DNA of 64,000 bases from Bdellovibrionales bacterium (GTDB lineage: Bacteria; Bdellovibrionota; Bdellovibrionia; Bdellovibrionales; UBA1609), in NCBI GenBank assembly GCA_965200875.1, contig OZ241456.1:128001-192000 (forward strand), in the 5' to 3' direction. The notes below the pieces were generated by a model. That model saw only the letters and a list, made by a program, of their open reading frames with translations, did not search any database and had not been told where the DNA came from. Both the position numbers and the translations under genes were made by a program. Every line of letters starts with the position of its first letter. Within the stretch, counting starts at the first letter, position 1. Below are positions 7,480 to 20,574 of the stretch, piece by piece.

Positions 7480-9366
7480 TTACGAAGTTTTTCTGGAAAG
7501 GACTTTTAAGTGAATCAGCAAAGCCTGAATGGCAGAAGGTGGCATTCCACTAATGCGACTGGCCTGAGCCAATGTTCGGGGTTTTATTTTCTTCAGTTTC
7601 TCTAAAGCCTCGAAAGAAAGCCCTTTTACCTGTTCATAGTCCATATCAGGAAGTGTAAGATTTTCTATCTTTTGGCTTTGGGCGATAAATTGTTCTTGTC
7701 TTAGAATATACCCTTCGTATTTTATTCTTATCTCCACGGCCTCCCAGGTTTTTTTACTGAAACCAGCTTTCTTTTTTTCTTCAAAAGCTTTTTCTGAAAA
7801 CTTTTTAAGTTTTTGCCAGGTTACTTCAGGTCTGCAAAAAAATTTTTTTAAACTCTGCGGTTGATTTAAATCCGGTAAAGCTCTCTCCTTAAGCCAGGCT
7901 TTTATCTCTTTACCTGGAACAATTTGTGTGTTTTCCAAAAACTCTGAAAGTTTTTTTCTTTGTTTCAGCTCTTTTTCCAATAAAGCTTTTTTTTCGAGAG
8001 TAAGGAGACTTTGTTCAGAACTTAAGTTAAAAAGTCTCTCTAAGGCATTATCTTCTCTTAAAATCAGCCGATGTTCCGCTCGTGAAGTGAGCATACGATA
8101 AGGTTCTTTTGTTCCCTTGGTCACCAAATCGTCAATCAAAACTCCAATATAAGCCTCATGTCTTTTTAAAACCAAAGGAGAATGATTTTTCACTTTACCA
8201 GCCGCATTCACTCCCGCTAAAAGACCCTGTCCCCCAGCTTCTTCATAACCACTGGTCCCGTTAATTTGCCCAGCAAAAAAAAGATTTTTAAAAGCTTTGG
8301 TTTCCAATGTGGAAAAAAGCTCTAAGGGATCTAAAAAATCATATTCTACAGCGTAGCCGGGTCTTAAAATTTCCACTTTTTCCAGACCTTTAATACTTCT
8401 TAAAAACTCGAGTTGAATATCAGCCGGTAAACTAGTGGAAAGACCTTGCAGATAAATGGAAGAACCCTTAAGAGTTTCCGGCTCTAGGAAGCTTTGATGT
8501 CTTGTCTTGTCTGCGAAACGAATAATTTTATCTTCCACACTAGGACAATATCTAGGGCCAGCTCCTTCAATAGCTCCTGAATAAAGAGCAGAAAGTTTTA
8601 AATTTTTTCTGATAATTTCATGAGTTTTTTCATTGGTATAAGTCAAGTGGCAGGCAACTTGTGGAAGTTTTAAAGTTGAAGGGCTGAAAAAACTAAAGGG
8701 CTTGAACTTTTTATCCCCTGTTTGAAGAGTAAGAGCGGAAAAATCAATACTTGCTTTTTTGATTCTGGGAGGAGTGCCTGTTTTTAAACGATAGACAGGA
8801 AATCCAAGGGATTTTAATTGATCAGAAAGACCTTCTGTGGCTTTTTCTCCCACCCGGCCAAAGGCTTTTTTCTGAGATCCTATGTGTAAAAGACCTTTCA
8901 TAAAAGTACCAGTGGTGAGAATCACCGAATGGGCACGAATTTTATCTCCTTTGTCTGTCACCACCCCTTTACAGGAGTTTTTTTCGAATAAAAGAGACTT
9001 TACCTCTGCGGACAAATAAGAAATATTTTTCTGTTTTTCCAGATAAGTTTTTACAAAGGCACTGTAAAGGTCTTTATCACATTGAGTGCGGGATCCCCTG
9101 ACTGCTGGCCCTTTGGAGCTATTTAAAAGCTTAAACTGAATACAGGTGGCGTCTGCGGCCCTTCCCATAAGCCCCCCCAGAATATCCATTTCCTTTACAA
9201 TATGGCCCTTACCCAGACCTCCAATAGAGGGATTACAACTCATGTGGGCAGTACGGTTCCAGTCCACTGTCACCATTAAAACCGAGCAGTTTTTTCTGGC
9301 AGAAGCATAAGCTGCTTCCACTCCGGCATGACCGCTTCCCACCACAATAACATCAAAAATTTTCAT
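7480..9366 (-). CDS. mnmG: tRNA modification enzyme MnmG (GidA)
   Basis: GSGHAGVEAA, SCNPSIGG, GPRYCPS, AGQINGTSGYEEA; ATG 9366 chosen. Confidence 0.98.
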   Translation of the reverse strand: MKIFDVIVVGSGHAGVEAAYASARKNCSVLMVTVDWNRTAHMSCNPSIGGLGKGHIVKEMDILGGLMGRAADATCIQFKLLNSSKGPAVRGSRTQCDKDLYSAFVKTYLEKQKNISYLSAEVKSLLFEKNSCKGVVTDKGDKIRAHSVILTTGTFMKGLLHIGSQKKAFGRVGEKATEGLSDQLKSLGFPVYRLKTGTPPRIKKASIDFSALTLQTGDKKFKPFSFFSPSTLKLPQVACHLTYTNEKTHEIIRKNLKLSALYSGAIEGAGPRYCPSVEDKIIRFADKTRHQSFLEPETLKGSSIYLQGLSTSLPADIQLEFLRSIKGLEKVEILRPGYAVEYDFLDPLELFSTLETKAFKNLFFAGQINGTSGYEEAGGQGLLAGVNAAGKVKNHSPLVLKRHEAYIGVLIDDLVTKGTKEPYRMLTSRAEHRLILREDNALERLFNLSSEQSLLTLEKKALLEKELKQRKKLSEFLENTQIVPGKEIKAWLKERALPDLNQPQSLKKFFCRPEVTWQKLKKFSEKAFEEKKKAGFSKKTWEAVEIRIKYEGYILRQEQFIAQSQKIENLTLPDMDYEQVKGLSFEALEKLKKIKPRTLAQASRISGMPPSAIQALLIHLKVLSRKTS

Positions 9367-9367
9367 A

Positions 9368-10834
9368 TTACTTGCCAATGCAAAATTCTTTGAACACTTG
9401 TTTTATTACATCTTCATTGTATTCTTTGCCGGAAAGTTTGTATAAAACAGATAAAGCTGATTGCAGTTCAAAGATTGTAAATTCAGGAGAGGCATTTTGC
9501 TCCAAAAGTTTTTCTGCAAGCTCCAAAAAATGCTTTATCTTCTTAAGAGCAGTACCTTGACGAGGGGTGAAAAGAAAACTATCAAAAGCCCCTTTTTCAG
9601 ATTTTTTATGTAAAAACTCCTTTAGAACTGAAACACCTTCTCCCGTGTGTGAGCTGAGCCATAAAACCTCTTTAAATTTTGGTTGATAAGTGGAAAAAAC
9701 AGAGCTTTCGGCGGTTGATTTTTGAAAATTTTCTTTTAAAAAGCTTGTTGCAATTTGCAAAAGCTTATCTCTTTCCCTCAAAGAAAGCTTATCTGATTTG
9801 CTAAACACCATAAAAGTTTTTCCTGGATCCATCTTTTGCAGACCAAAAAAACTTTCAGGGTTTAAAGGCAAAAGACTTTCCACTAAAAACAAACAAATAT
9901 CTGCGTGCTTTATTTCCTCTAAAGCTTTCTCTATGCCTTTTTTTTCCACGGAATCGGGGTTTTTCCGAAAGCCGGCTGTGTCTTTTAAACAGAACTCTCT
10001 TTGATTCAGCAAAATCCGTGCTGACAAAATATCCCTAGTGGTACCAGGTTCTTCTGTCACAATGGCTTTTTCCTCTTCAAGCAAACAATTAAACAAAGAG
10101 GATTTTCCAGCATTAGGGGCACCTGATAAAAGAACGGAAAACCCTTCTTTATTTATTCGGCCCTGTTCAAAACTTTTAAGAGTCAATATGATTTCTTGTT
10201 TTATTTCTTTTAACAAAATTTTTTGTTGCTTCCTCGAAAAAGGTTCTATTTCCTGATCACTGAAATCAATACTGGCTGACAGATGAGATATGAGTTTTAA
10301 AAGTTTTTCCTCCAGAGTTTTTAATCGTAGAGAATTACCTCCTTTTAATCCTTTTAAAGCTTGTACATGCGCCTTAGGCGTTCGGCTTTGAATTAATCCC
10401 AAAACACTTTCTGCCTGAATCAAATCCATTTTTCCGTTCATAAAGGCTCTGTAGCTAAATTCCCCTTTTTCAGCGAGCCTAGCCCCTCCCACCCTCAAAG
10501 CTTCTAAAAGAGCTTCAGCAATAAAGGAACTTCCGTGAAAACTTATCTCAAAGCTTTCTTCACCTGTAAAGGAACGACCTTTTTCAAAACAGAACACCAA
10601 AACTTCATCCAAAGCTTTTTTGGTTTCTGGATGAACGAGAGTTCCAAAATAAATAGAGTGGGATTTAATTTTTGAGGGTAAAAAAGGACAAAGCTTTCGG
10701 CTTATTTCAAAAGCTTTTTTCCCGCTTACACGAATCAGGGAAATTGCTCCTTCTCCGGGAGGAGTGGCCAAGGCACAAATAGTGTCTTCATCTTGTTCTC
10801 TCAGTAAAAAGGAGTTTTTAGTTGTTTTCTTCAT
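9368..10834 (-). CDS. mnmE: tRNA modification GTPase MnmE
   Basis: DTICALATP, GAPNAGKSS, PGTTRD, DTAG, C-terminal FCIGK. Confidence 0.97.
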   Translation of the reverse strand: MKKTTKNSFLLREQDEDTICALATPPGEGAISLIRVSGKKAFEISRKLCPFLPSKIKSHSIYFGTLVHPETKKALDEVLVFCFEKGRSFTGEESFEISFHGSSFIAEALLEALRVGGARLAEKGEFSYRAFMNGKMDLIQAESVLGLIQSRTPKAHVQALKGLKGGNSLRLKTLEEKLLKLISHLSASIDFSDQEIEPFSRKQQKILLKEIKQEIILTLKSFEQGRINKEGFSVLLSGAPNAGKSSLFNCLLEEEKAIVTEEPGTTRDILSARILLNQREFCLKDTAGFRKNPDSVEKKGIEKALEEIKHADICLFLVESLLPLNPESFFGLQKMDPGKTFMVFSKSDKLSLRERDKLLQIATSFLKENFQKSTAESSVFSTYQPKFKEVLWLSSHTGEGVSVLKEFLHKKSEKGAFDSFLFTPRQGTALKKIKHFLELAEKLLEQNASPEFTIFELQSALSVLYKLSGKEYNEDVIKQVFKEFCIGK

Positions 10835-10921
10835 TTTAAGCAACTTCAGGCAGAAATGTTACACTGTTGCGAGAGATCCCCCACAGACATTAAACGGAGC
10901 TTTGTTTTTAAACCAACTGAT

Positions 10922-11425
10922 TTATTCAGAAGAGCTTTCAGTCACCGGACTGATGCAAATATTTTTATAAAAACCTTCTCCTACAGATGAGGTTTTTACA
11001 TCTCCTCTTTCTGTTAAAAATTGATGCACTTTTCTTCTTTGGAAGGGGGATAAAGCTTTTTTAAAATACACTGGCCGGCCTGTGGAAAGGGCTTTTTGCT
11101 TCAACTTGCTGGCTAGATCTAAAAGTCTTTGCTCTCTTTCCTTAAAAAAATTCCCGGAATCTATATGCAAAAAGATATTCTGGCCAAAAAAGTGGTGTTG
11201 AACCACTCGATTAAAATAAGTTTGCAATGCCAAAAGCAATCGTCCATCTTTTGCTTTCAACAATCCTTCATCCTCACCAAAAATCTCAACAAAGATTTCC
11301 CCTTCTTCCTTTTCTGTTAATTCCACTGATAGCGAAAAACCGCCTTTTTCCAGTAAATCCTGCAACACCTGTTCTATAAAATCACTTGGACTTTTATCTT
11401 TTCCCTTAAAAAATTTTTTAAACAT
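10922..11425 (-). CDS. jag: Jag/KhpB-type RNA-binding protein (KH + R3H, no Jag_N domain)
   Basis: RRKVH R3H motif, SVGEG; sits between yidC and mnmE. Confidence 0.85.
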   Translation of the reverse strand: MFKKFFKGKDKSPSDFIEQVLQDLLEKGGFSLSVELTEKEEGEIFVEIFGEDEGLLKAKDGRLLLALQTYFNRVVQHHFFGQNIFLHIDSGNFFKEREQRLLDLASKLKQKALSTGRPVYFKKALSPFQRRKVHQFLTERGDVKTSSVGEGFYKNICISPVTESSSE

Positions 11426-11438
11426 TTCTTAAATCCTT

Positions 11439-13097
11439 TCATTTTTTAGAGTTTTCCTTTTTTTCAGGAGAGGAACTTTTAACCTCACTTTTTTTATTCA
11501 GGTATATCTGTTGAACCAAACCAAATATTGTACTGATCAACATATAAAGTACCAAACCACTTGGAAGGTTTATCATAAAAAACACCATAAAAACAGGCAT
11601 AATTTGCATAGCTCTAAGCATTTCCTTATTCATAGCTACAGGGCTTATTTTTTGCTGAATAAACATAAAAACTCCCATTAAAACCGGTAAAATATAATAA
11701 GGATCTTTCCAGCTCAGATCCTGAATCCAGAACACAAAAGGTGCCTGATACAAAGAATAGCTGTTGGAAAGGGCTTTCCAAAGTGACCAAAACACCGGAA
11801 TTTGAAGCAATAAAGGCAAGCAACCCCCTAGGGGATTAGCCTTGTGGCTTTTCATTATGGCCATTACTTCCTGATTCATCCGCTGAGGATCTTTTTTAAA
11901 CTTTTCCCGTACTTTTTGTATTTCAGGATGCACTTTTTTCATCACCTCCATTGAATGATGAGAGGAAATCACCAGAGGCAAAAGAAGAAGTCTGACCAGC
12001 AGTGTCAATAAAATAATGGATACCCCCCAGTTGCTCACTATAGAATAAAAAAACTGTAAGATCTGAAGAATCAAACGGGATAAAGCACCGAACCATCCAA
12101 AGTCCACCCAACGAATTAAAGTCGGAAATTCTTTTTTTAAAAAAGAAAAGTCTTTTGGACCCATGAAAACTTTATAAGAAACTTCAAAATCTTTTTGAGG
12201 GTTCAACACAAAGTGATTGACAAGCCCTATATATTTTTTGTCTTTCGTGATAAATCGTGCCTGGGGCAACACATCAGACTTCTCTTCCACTAGGGCCTGA
12301 CCAAAGTATTTGGTGCCCAAAGCCACGGTCTGCACTTTGGAAAAAGGGGGCTTTTTTTGAAGCTCCTGATAGTCTGTTTCCGACATAATCGGTGCTTGTT
12401 CAAAACCCTGAGAAGAGGATATAAAAAAAGATAAAAAGTCTGGAGGAATAAAAAAAGACAAAAACCCTGATTTTTGATTCTCAGCTTTTTTTGTTTGAGT
12501 GATTATTGTGCTGATACCGGAGATAGAGTTCAGCTGACCCCTTATCTGAATTTTTGTTTTTACCAAAAATCGGGCTTTATCCACAGATAAAGTCTTTTTA
12601 ATCTCCACTTCATTCCAGTTTGCCACGCCCTCCCAAGAATGATCTGAGTTTTGTTTGATATCAAAGTGCAAGGGTTCTTCCAGTCTTTCCACAAGACGAG
12701 TTTCAAAAGGCAGATCTTTTTCCCCGGAAAAAAGCCATATTGATTTTCCTTTTCGATCTAAAATCTGATTCAAAACTACATTTTTAAAACCCATTCCTTC
12801 AGAGGAAATATCAAAAGAGAGTTTTTCACTTTTAAAGGAAAAAATCTTTGGGATTAAAGGTTTTTTTCTTTCCTTCGGGCTTAAAATTTTTTTACTAGAT
12901 TTTGAAAGAGCTTTTTTTTCCGAGGCGGAAAAAGTGGACTTTTCCCTGTTTTCCTCTGATGAGCTTACAGGTGGAGAAGGTTCTTGCCCTTTGGGATATT
13001 TTTTCCTCATATAAGCATCCCACGCGAACCAAGCTAGGAAAACCAAAACCACTGCAATTAAAGTGTTTTTATCCAAAAAATGTTCTTTTTCTTTCAT
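11439..13097 (-). CDS. yidC: Membrane protein insertase YidC
   Basis: DFGW, NWGVSIILLT, NPLGGCLPLLLQIP, PSGLVLY. Confidence 0.97.
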   Translation of the reverse strand: MKEKEHFLDKNTLIAVVLVFLAWFAWDAYMRKKYPKGQEPSPPVSSSEENREKSTFSASEKKALSKSSKKILSPKERKKPLIPKIFSFKSEKLSFDISSEGMGFKNVVLNQILDRKGKSIWLFSGEKDLPFETRLVERLEEPLHFDIKQNSDHSWEGVANWNEVEIKKTLSVDKARFLVKTKIQIRGQLNSISGISTIITQTKKAENQKSGFLSFFIPPDFLSFFISSSQGFEQAPIMSETDYQELQKKPPFSKVQTVALGTKYFGQALVEEKSDVLPQARFITKDKKYIGLVNHFVLNPQKDFEVSYKVFMGPKDFSFLKKEFPTLIRWVDFGWFGALSRLILQILQFFYSIVSNWGVSIILLTLLVRLLLLPLVISSHHSMEVMKKVHPEIQKVREKFKKDPQRMNQEVMAIMKSHKANPLGGCLPLLLQIPVFWSLWKALSNSYSLYQAPFVFWIQDLSWKDPYYILPVLMGVFMFIQQKISPVAMNKEMLRAMQIMPVFMVFFMINLPSGLVLYMLISTIFGLVQQIYLNKKSEVKSSSPEKKENSKK

Positions 13098-13375
13098 CTG
13101 AGCTTTTTCTTTCGGTTTGGTGGCGGGTTTGAACCTGTTGGAGATGGAACGGTATCTAAACTAAATGGCCCAAAAAATCGGCATTTAGAAAGCCTTACTA
13201 CAACTAAAAAAAACGCTTTTAAAGGGGGGTGAGAGGAAAAAGCCTTTTCAGCGTAACAGGAGCAGGAAGGGTAAAAACGACAAGCTCCTCCAAAGTGAAC
13301 AGATAAAAACACTTTATAGACTTTTATAAGAAAAATACAAAACCCTGCGATTTTTTTCATTATGTGCTTACCCAT
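13094..13375 (-). CDS. yidD: Membrane protein insertion efficiency factor YidD
   Basis: CRFYPSCSCY, RLSKC. Confidence 0.92.
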   Translation of the reverse strand: MGKHIMKKIAGFCIFLIKVYKVFLSVHFGGACRFYPSCSCYAEKAFSSHPPLKAFFLVVVRLSKCRFFGPFSLDTVPSPTGSNPPPNRKKKLR

Positions 13376-13471
13376 AAATTATACCTGTGATTCAGTGCCG
13401 ACCATATATAGTTTTTTTCAACACGGAATAATAGCTTAAAATCTGAAAAAAACGGTCGAAAAAAATAGCTT

Positions 13472-13822
13472 TTATAAATCTTTTTGATCTTCTTTCGGCA
13501 AAAGGGCAGAAAATCCTGCACAAAATTCCTTATAATTTAATTTTTTATACCGAGCTTTTTCTTTTTTTTCAAACCCCAACAATAAATCTAAGCCTGAAAG
13601 CTCTTGCTTTTGGTTTAAAAGCATGCGCGCCCATCTTTTAAAACGGTTCCTTTGAACCGCGTTTCCCGAATATCGTGGAAACACAAAAGCAAAGCGAGCA
13701 TAAGAGAGCTTGTTTTTTCGATAAACCACAAAGAAGCCTTTTTGTCTCTGACTTCGGCCATTTTTTTTAAGTTGGGAAAAATCAGGTTTTTTTGGAGAAC
13801 ACTTTTTATTCTCTTTTTTCAT
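13472..13822 (-). CDS. rnpA: Ribonuclease P protein component
   Basis: GNAVQRNRFKRW RNR motif; synteny. Confidence 0.92.
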   Translation of the reverse strand: MKKENKKCSPKKPDFSQLKKNGRSQRQKGFFVVYRKNKLSYARFAFVFPRYSGNAVQRNRFKRWARMLLNQKQELSGLDLLLGFEKKEKARYKKLNYKEFCAGFSALLPKEDQKDL

Positions 13823-13932
13823 AATAATTTCCTGTGTTGGTCTTTAGGGGTCAGATTTAAAAACTGAAGGAAAAATAAAAACTGTTTTCTTTTGGAGTTT
13901 AGAGCGTGTGAGTAAATTTTTTTATAAGCTCA

Positions 13933-14082
13933 TTACTTGCTTCCCGTGGAGACACAAAGTTGTTTCCGGCCTTTTCGTCTTCGTCTGTTTAAGACCTCTC
14001 GCCCGGCACTATCCGACATGCGGGAGCGAAAACCATGTGCACTGCTTCTTTTTTTTCTACTAGGCTGATAAGTTCTTTTCAT
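13933..14082 (-). CDS. rpmH: 50S ribosomal protein L34 (missed by ORF track)
   Basis: [49 protein letters not shown]. Confidence 0.97.
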   Translation of the reverse strand: MKRTYQPSRKKRSSAHGFRSRMSDSAGREVLNRRRRKGRKQLCVSTGSK

Positions 14083-14217
14083 GGACCTTACTCCTATACT
14101 TTGACGCAGTCATAAAAACATATTTTGTCTCTTCCCGTCAAGCAAAGGTTTGTGGTACATCAAAAGTTCTCTTTGCCCTAAAAACTCTTTACCACTTAAA
14201 AGCTTTTCGGAGGTCTT

Positions 14218-15594
14218 TTGTCTGAACAACATTTATGGAATCAAATAAAAAAAGCTTTACAGGATCAATCTCCGGTTTTGCGTTCTGTTTTGAACAATAT
14301 CACTTTAGAAAGCCCTGTTATAAAAGGACAAAAACACTTTGTCTTTCAAACCCCTTCATCTTTTCATCAGGATATTTTGAAAAAACATTTACATGATATC
14401 CAGGTTCAGATGAAGAAAAGAGGGGAAGTTTATAAATCCATTTTAATTAAAACAGATAAAAAAAAGAGGGAGCTTTTAAAAGTTTCCTCCAGTTCAAAGC
14501 CCAGTTTTTCCCGATTGAAAAAAAGACCATCTTCCAGCTCTTTTTTTCATCAATGGACTTTTTCCTCTTTTGTTCCAGGTCCTAGTAACAGTTTTGCTTT
14601 TTCTCTGGCGCAAAATGTTGCAAAAAAACCTATAAAAAATCAGAGTAACCCTCTTTTTATTTATGGACCATCAGGGCTTGGAAAAACACATCTTCTGCAC
14701 GCCATTGGAAATGCTCTTGAACAGGAAAAGCCTCATTTAAAAACTTTTTATCTTCCGGCAGAGCGGTTTTTGAACGACTGTATCACACATATTTCCAAGA
14801 ATGATATGCCAGCTTTTCGGCAAAAGTACAGAAATAACACCCATGTTCTTTTGTTGGACGATATTCAAATTCTAGGGAGAGGGGAAAGCACACAGGAAGA
14901 GTTTTTTAATACATTTGAGTGCCTTAAACAAAAAGGGTGTCAGGTGGTTTTGGCCAGTGATCAAAAACCAAAGAGCATAAAAGGCCTGAAAGAAAGAATC
15001 AAAACAAGGCTTGAAGGGGGGGTTATAATAGATATTCAGGTTCCTGATAAAGATACAATAAAAGCCATCATCAGAAATAAAGCTCGAAAAGCTCTTCTTA
15101 AGCTTTCTGAAGAAATTATCTCTTATATAGCTGATCTTCCCATCAACTCTGTTCGGGAAACAGAGGGACACTTGAATAAAATAAAAATGTACTGCGAATT
15201 GCAAAACCGGCCTCTTTCCCTGAGCTTGATTCAAAAACTCCTTCCAGAAGAGCCTTTATCTCTTCCTAGCGCTGAACCTTATCTTTCTCACAGAAAAACT
15301 TTGGCTACAAAAACTTTGCAAAAAGAGATATGTTCCCGTTATCATATCAAACTTCCGGATTTAAAGTCCAAATCCCGCTCTAAAAACATGGTTAAAGCCA
15401 GAAATATTGCTATATATATAAGCCGAAAAGAATTAAATCTCACTTTAGAAGAAATCGGATATCTTTTTGGAAAGAGAAATCACAGCACGATAGTGCATAG
15501 CTTGAAGAGTGTGGAAAAACAACAAAAAACAAATATCCAAATGTCCAACAGTATCAAAGAGTTAAGTGTTTTTATCCGCAAAAAATATCTTTGA
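14218..15594 (+). CDS. dnaA: Chromosomal replication initiator DnaA
   Basis: NPLFIYGPSGLGKTHL, LLDDIQ, TQEEFF, domain IV GKRNHSTIVHS; TTG start after GGAGG. Confidence 0.97.
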   Translation: MSEQHLWNQIKKALQDQSPVLRSVLNNITLESPVIKGQKHFVFQTPSSFHQDILKKHLHDIQVQMKKRGEVYKSILIKTDKKKRELLKVSSSSKPSFSRLKKRPSSSSFFHQWTFSSFVPGPSNSFAFSLAQNVAKKPIKNQSNPLFIYGPSGLGKTHLLHAIGNALEQEKPHLKTFYLPAERFLNDCITHISKNDMPAFRQKYRNNTHVLLLDDIQILGRGESTQEEFFNTFECLKQKGCQVVLASDQKPKSIKGLKERIKTRLEGGVIIDIQVPDKDTIKAIIRNKARKALLKLSEEIISYIADLPINSVRETEGHLNKIKMYCELQNRPLSLSLIQKLLPEEPLSLPSAEPYLSHRKTLATKTLQKEICSRYHIKLPDLKSKSRSKNMVKARNIAIYISRKELNLTLEEIGYLFGKRNHSTIVHSLKSVEKQQKTNIQMSNSIKELSVFIRKKYL

Positions 15595-15704
15595 TAGAGT
15601 GTGAAAAACCCCGAAATCCCGAAACCCCATCCGGTTGAATAATTTTGCGTGATTATCTCCTGATAATTTGCTATTAACAGTATTATTAAAAAAAGGTTTT
15701 TAAA

Positions 15705-16861
15705 ATGCTGAAAGTTCGAATCCAACAGACAGACTTCCTTAATCTTGCTTCGCAGGCCTATAGCTTGATAGAAAAAAGAAATGTCATGCCTATTTTGTCT
15801 AAGGTGCTTATCAGTGCTGAAAAGGACACTCTTTCCATACAGGCTACAGATCAAAATAATAGTTTGCAAAGCCAGGTTTCCGCAGAAGTGGAAACTCCGG
15901 GGAAAGTTGTTGTGGATGCTCAAAGCCTTTATGATATTTTAAAAGAGCTTCCAGAGGGAGAGGTTCATTTGAGCGGGAAAAGCAGTCAAAAGCTGAGAAT
16001 AAAAAAAGGGGCTTCTGTTTTTCATCTTTTGAGTGTGGATGTTCGGGATTTTCCGAGTTTCCCCCCTTTTCAGCTGAAAAATTCTTTTCAGGCAAAAGTT
16101 TCAGATTTAAAAAATTTTATTGAAAGCACATCTTATTGTTCTTCTGTGGATGAGACAAGTTATCATTTAACAGGAGTGTTTTTTGAGGAGGCAAAAAAAA
16201 TCACAGGAGTATCCAGTGAAAAAGGAGAACCTTGTTTTCGATTTGTGGCTACAGATGGCCATCGTTTAGGACTTGCAGAAATGCCTTTTAAAAAGTCTGT
16301 TTTGGAAAAAGGGGTGATTATTTCCAAAAAAGGAGTGCAGGAAATCAAAAAACTGCTGTATCATGCCGTTTCTGAAGAGGAAGTGGAAATAGCATTGGAT
16401 CCTCCTCGAATACTGCTTCGCTATGGGTTGGCGGTTTTGAGTGTTAACCTGGTGGAAGGGGGTTATCCTAACTATCAGCCTTTTATACCGAAATCCAGTG
16501 CTGTGACTGTGGAATTGGAGGCAGAGCACTTTCATCAGGCCTTAAAAAGGGTGTCTTTACTTTCCAGCAATAAATTTAAAGGTGTGAATTTTCAGATTAA
16601 AGAAAAAAAAATATTAATGGAAGCGGAAAATCCAGATTTAGGCTCTGCTCAAGATGAAGTGACTTGTCTTGAAAAAAAAGGAAAAGATTTAAAAGTACGA
16701 TTTAATGCCAGATATATGCTGGAAGCTTTGAACTCTTTATCCAGTGAGCGAATTTCAATGGACTTTGTCGGCAAGGAAAAGCCTTGTGTTATGCGACCTG
16801 TATCTTCTGATGATAAAAAAGAAATTCAAAACAGCCTTTGTGTGGTTATGCCCATGAAAAT

Positions 16862-16865
<4 letters not shown>
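15705..16865 (+). CDS. dnaN: DNA polymerase III beta sliding clamp
   Basis: VATDGHRL, YPNY, FNARY, VVMPM. Confidence 0.97.
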
Positions 16866-20492
<3,627 letters not shown>

Positions 20493-20574
20493 ATCTGTTC
20501 GGGAATAAACTTTAAGAAACCTTAAAAATTTTTTTCTAGCTGGTGGAGAGTTTTATAAAACACGGAGCAAAAAG

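Noticed and set aside
15595..15704. dnaA-dnaN gap as the sole oriC
   Set aside because: Short, one clear box and no clear trio array; kept only as a possible second sub-origin
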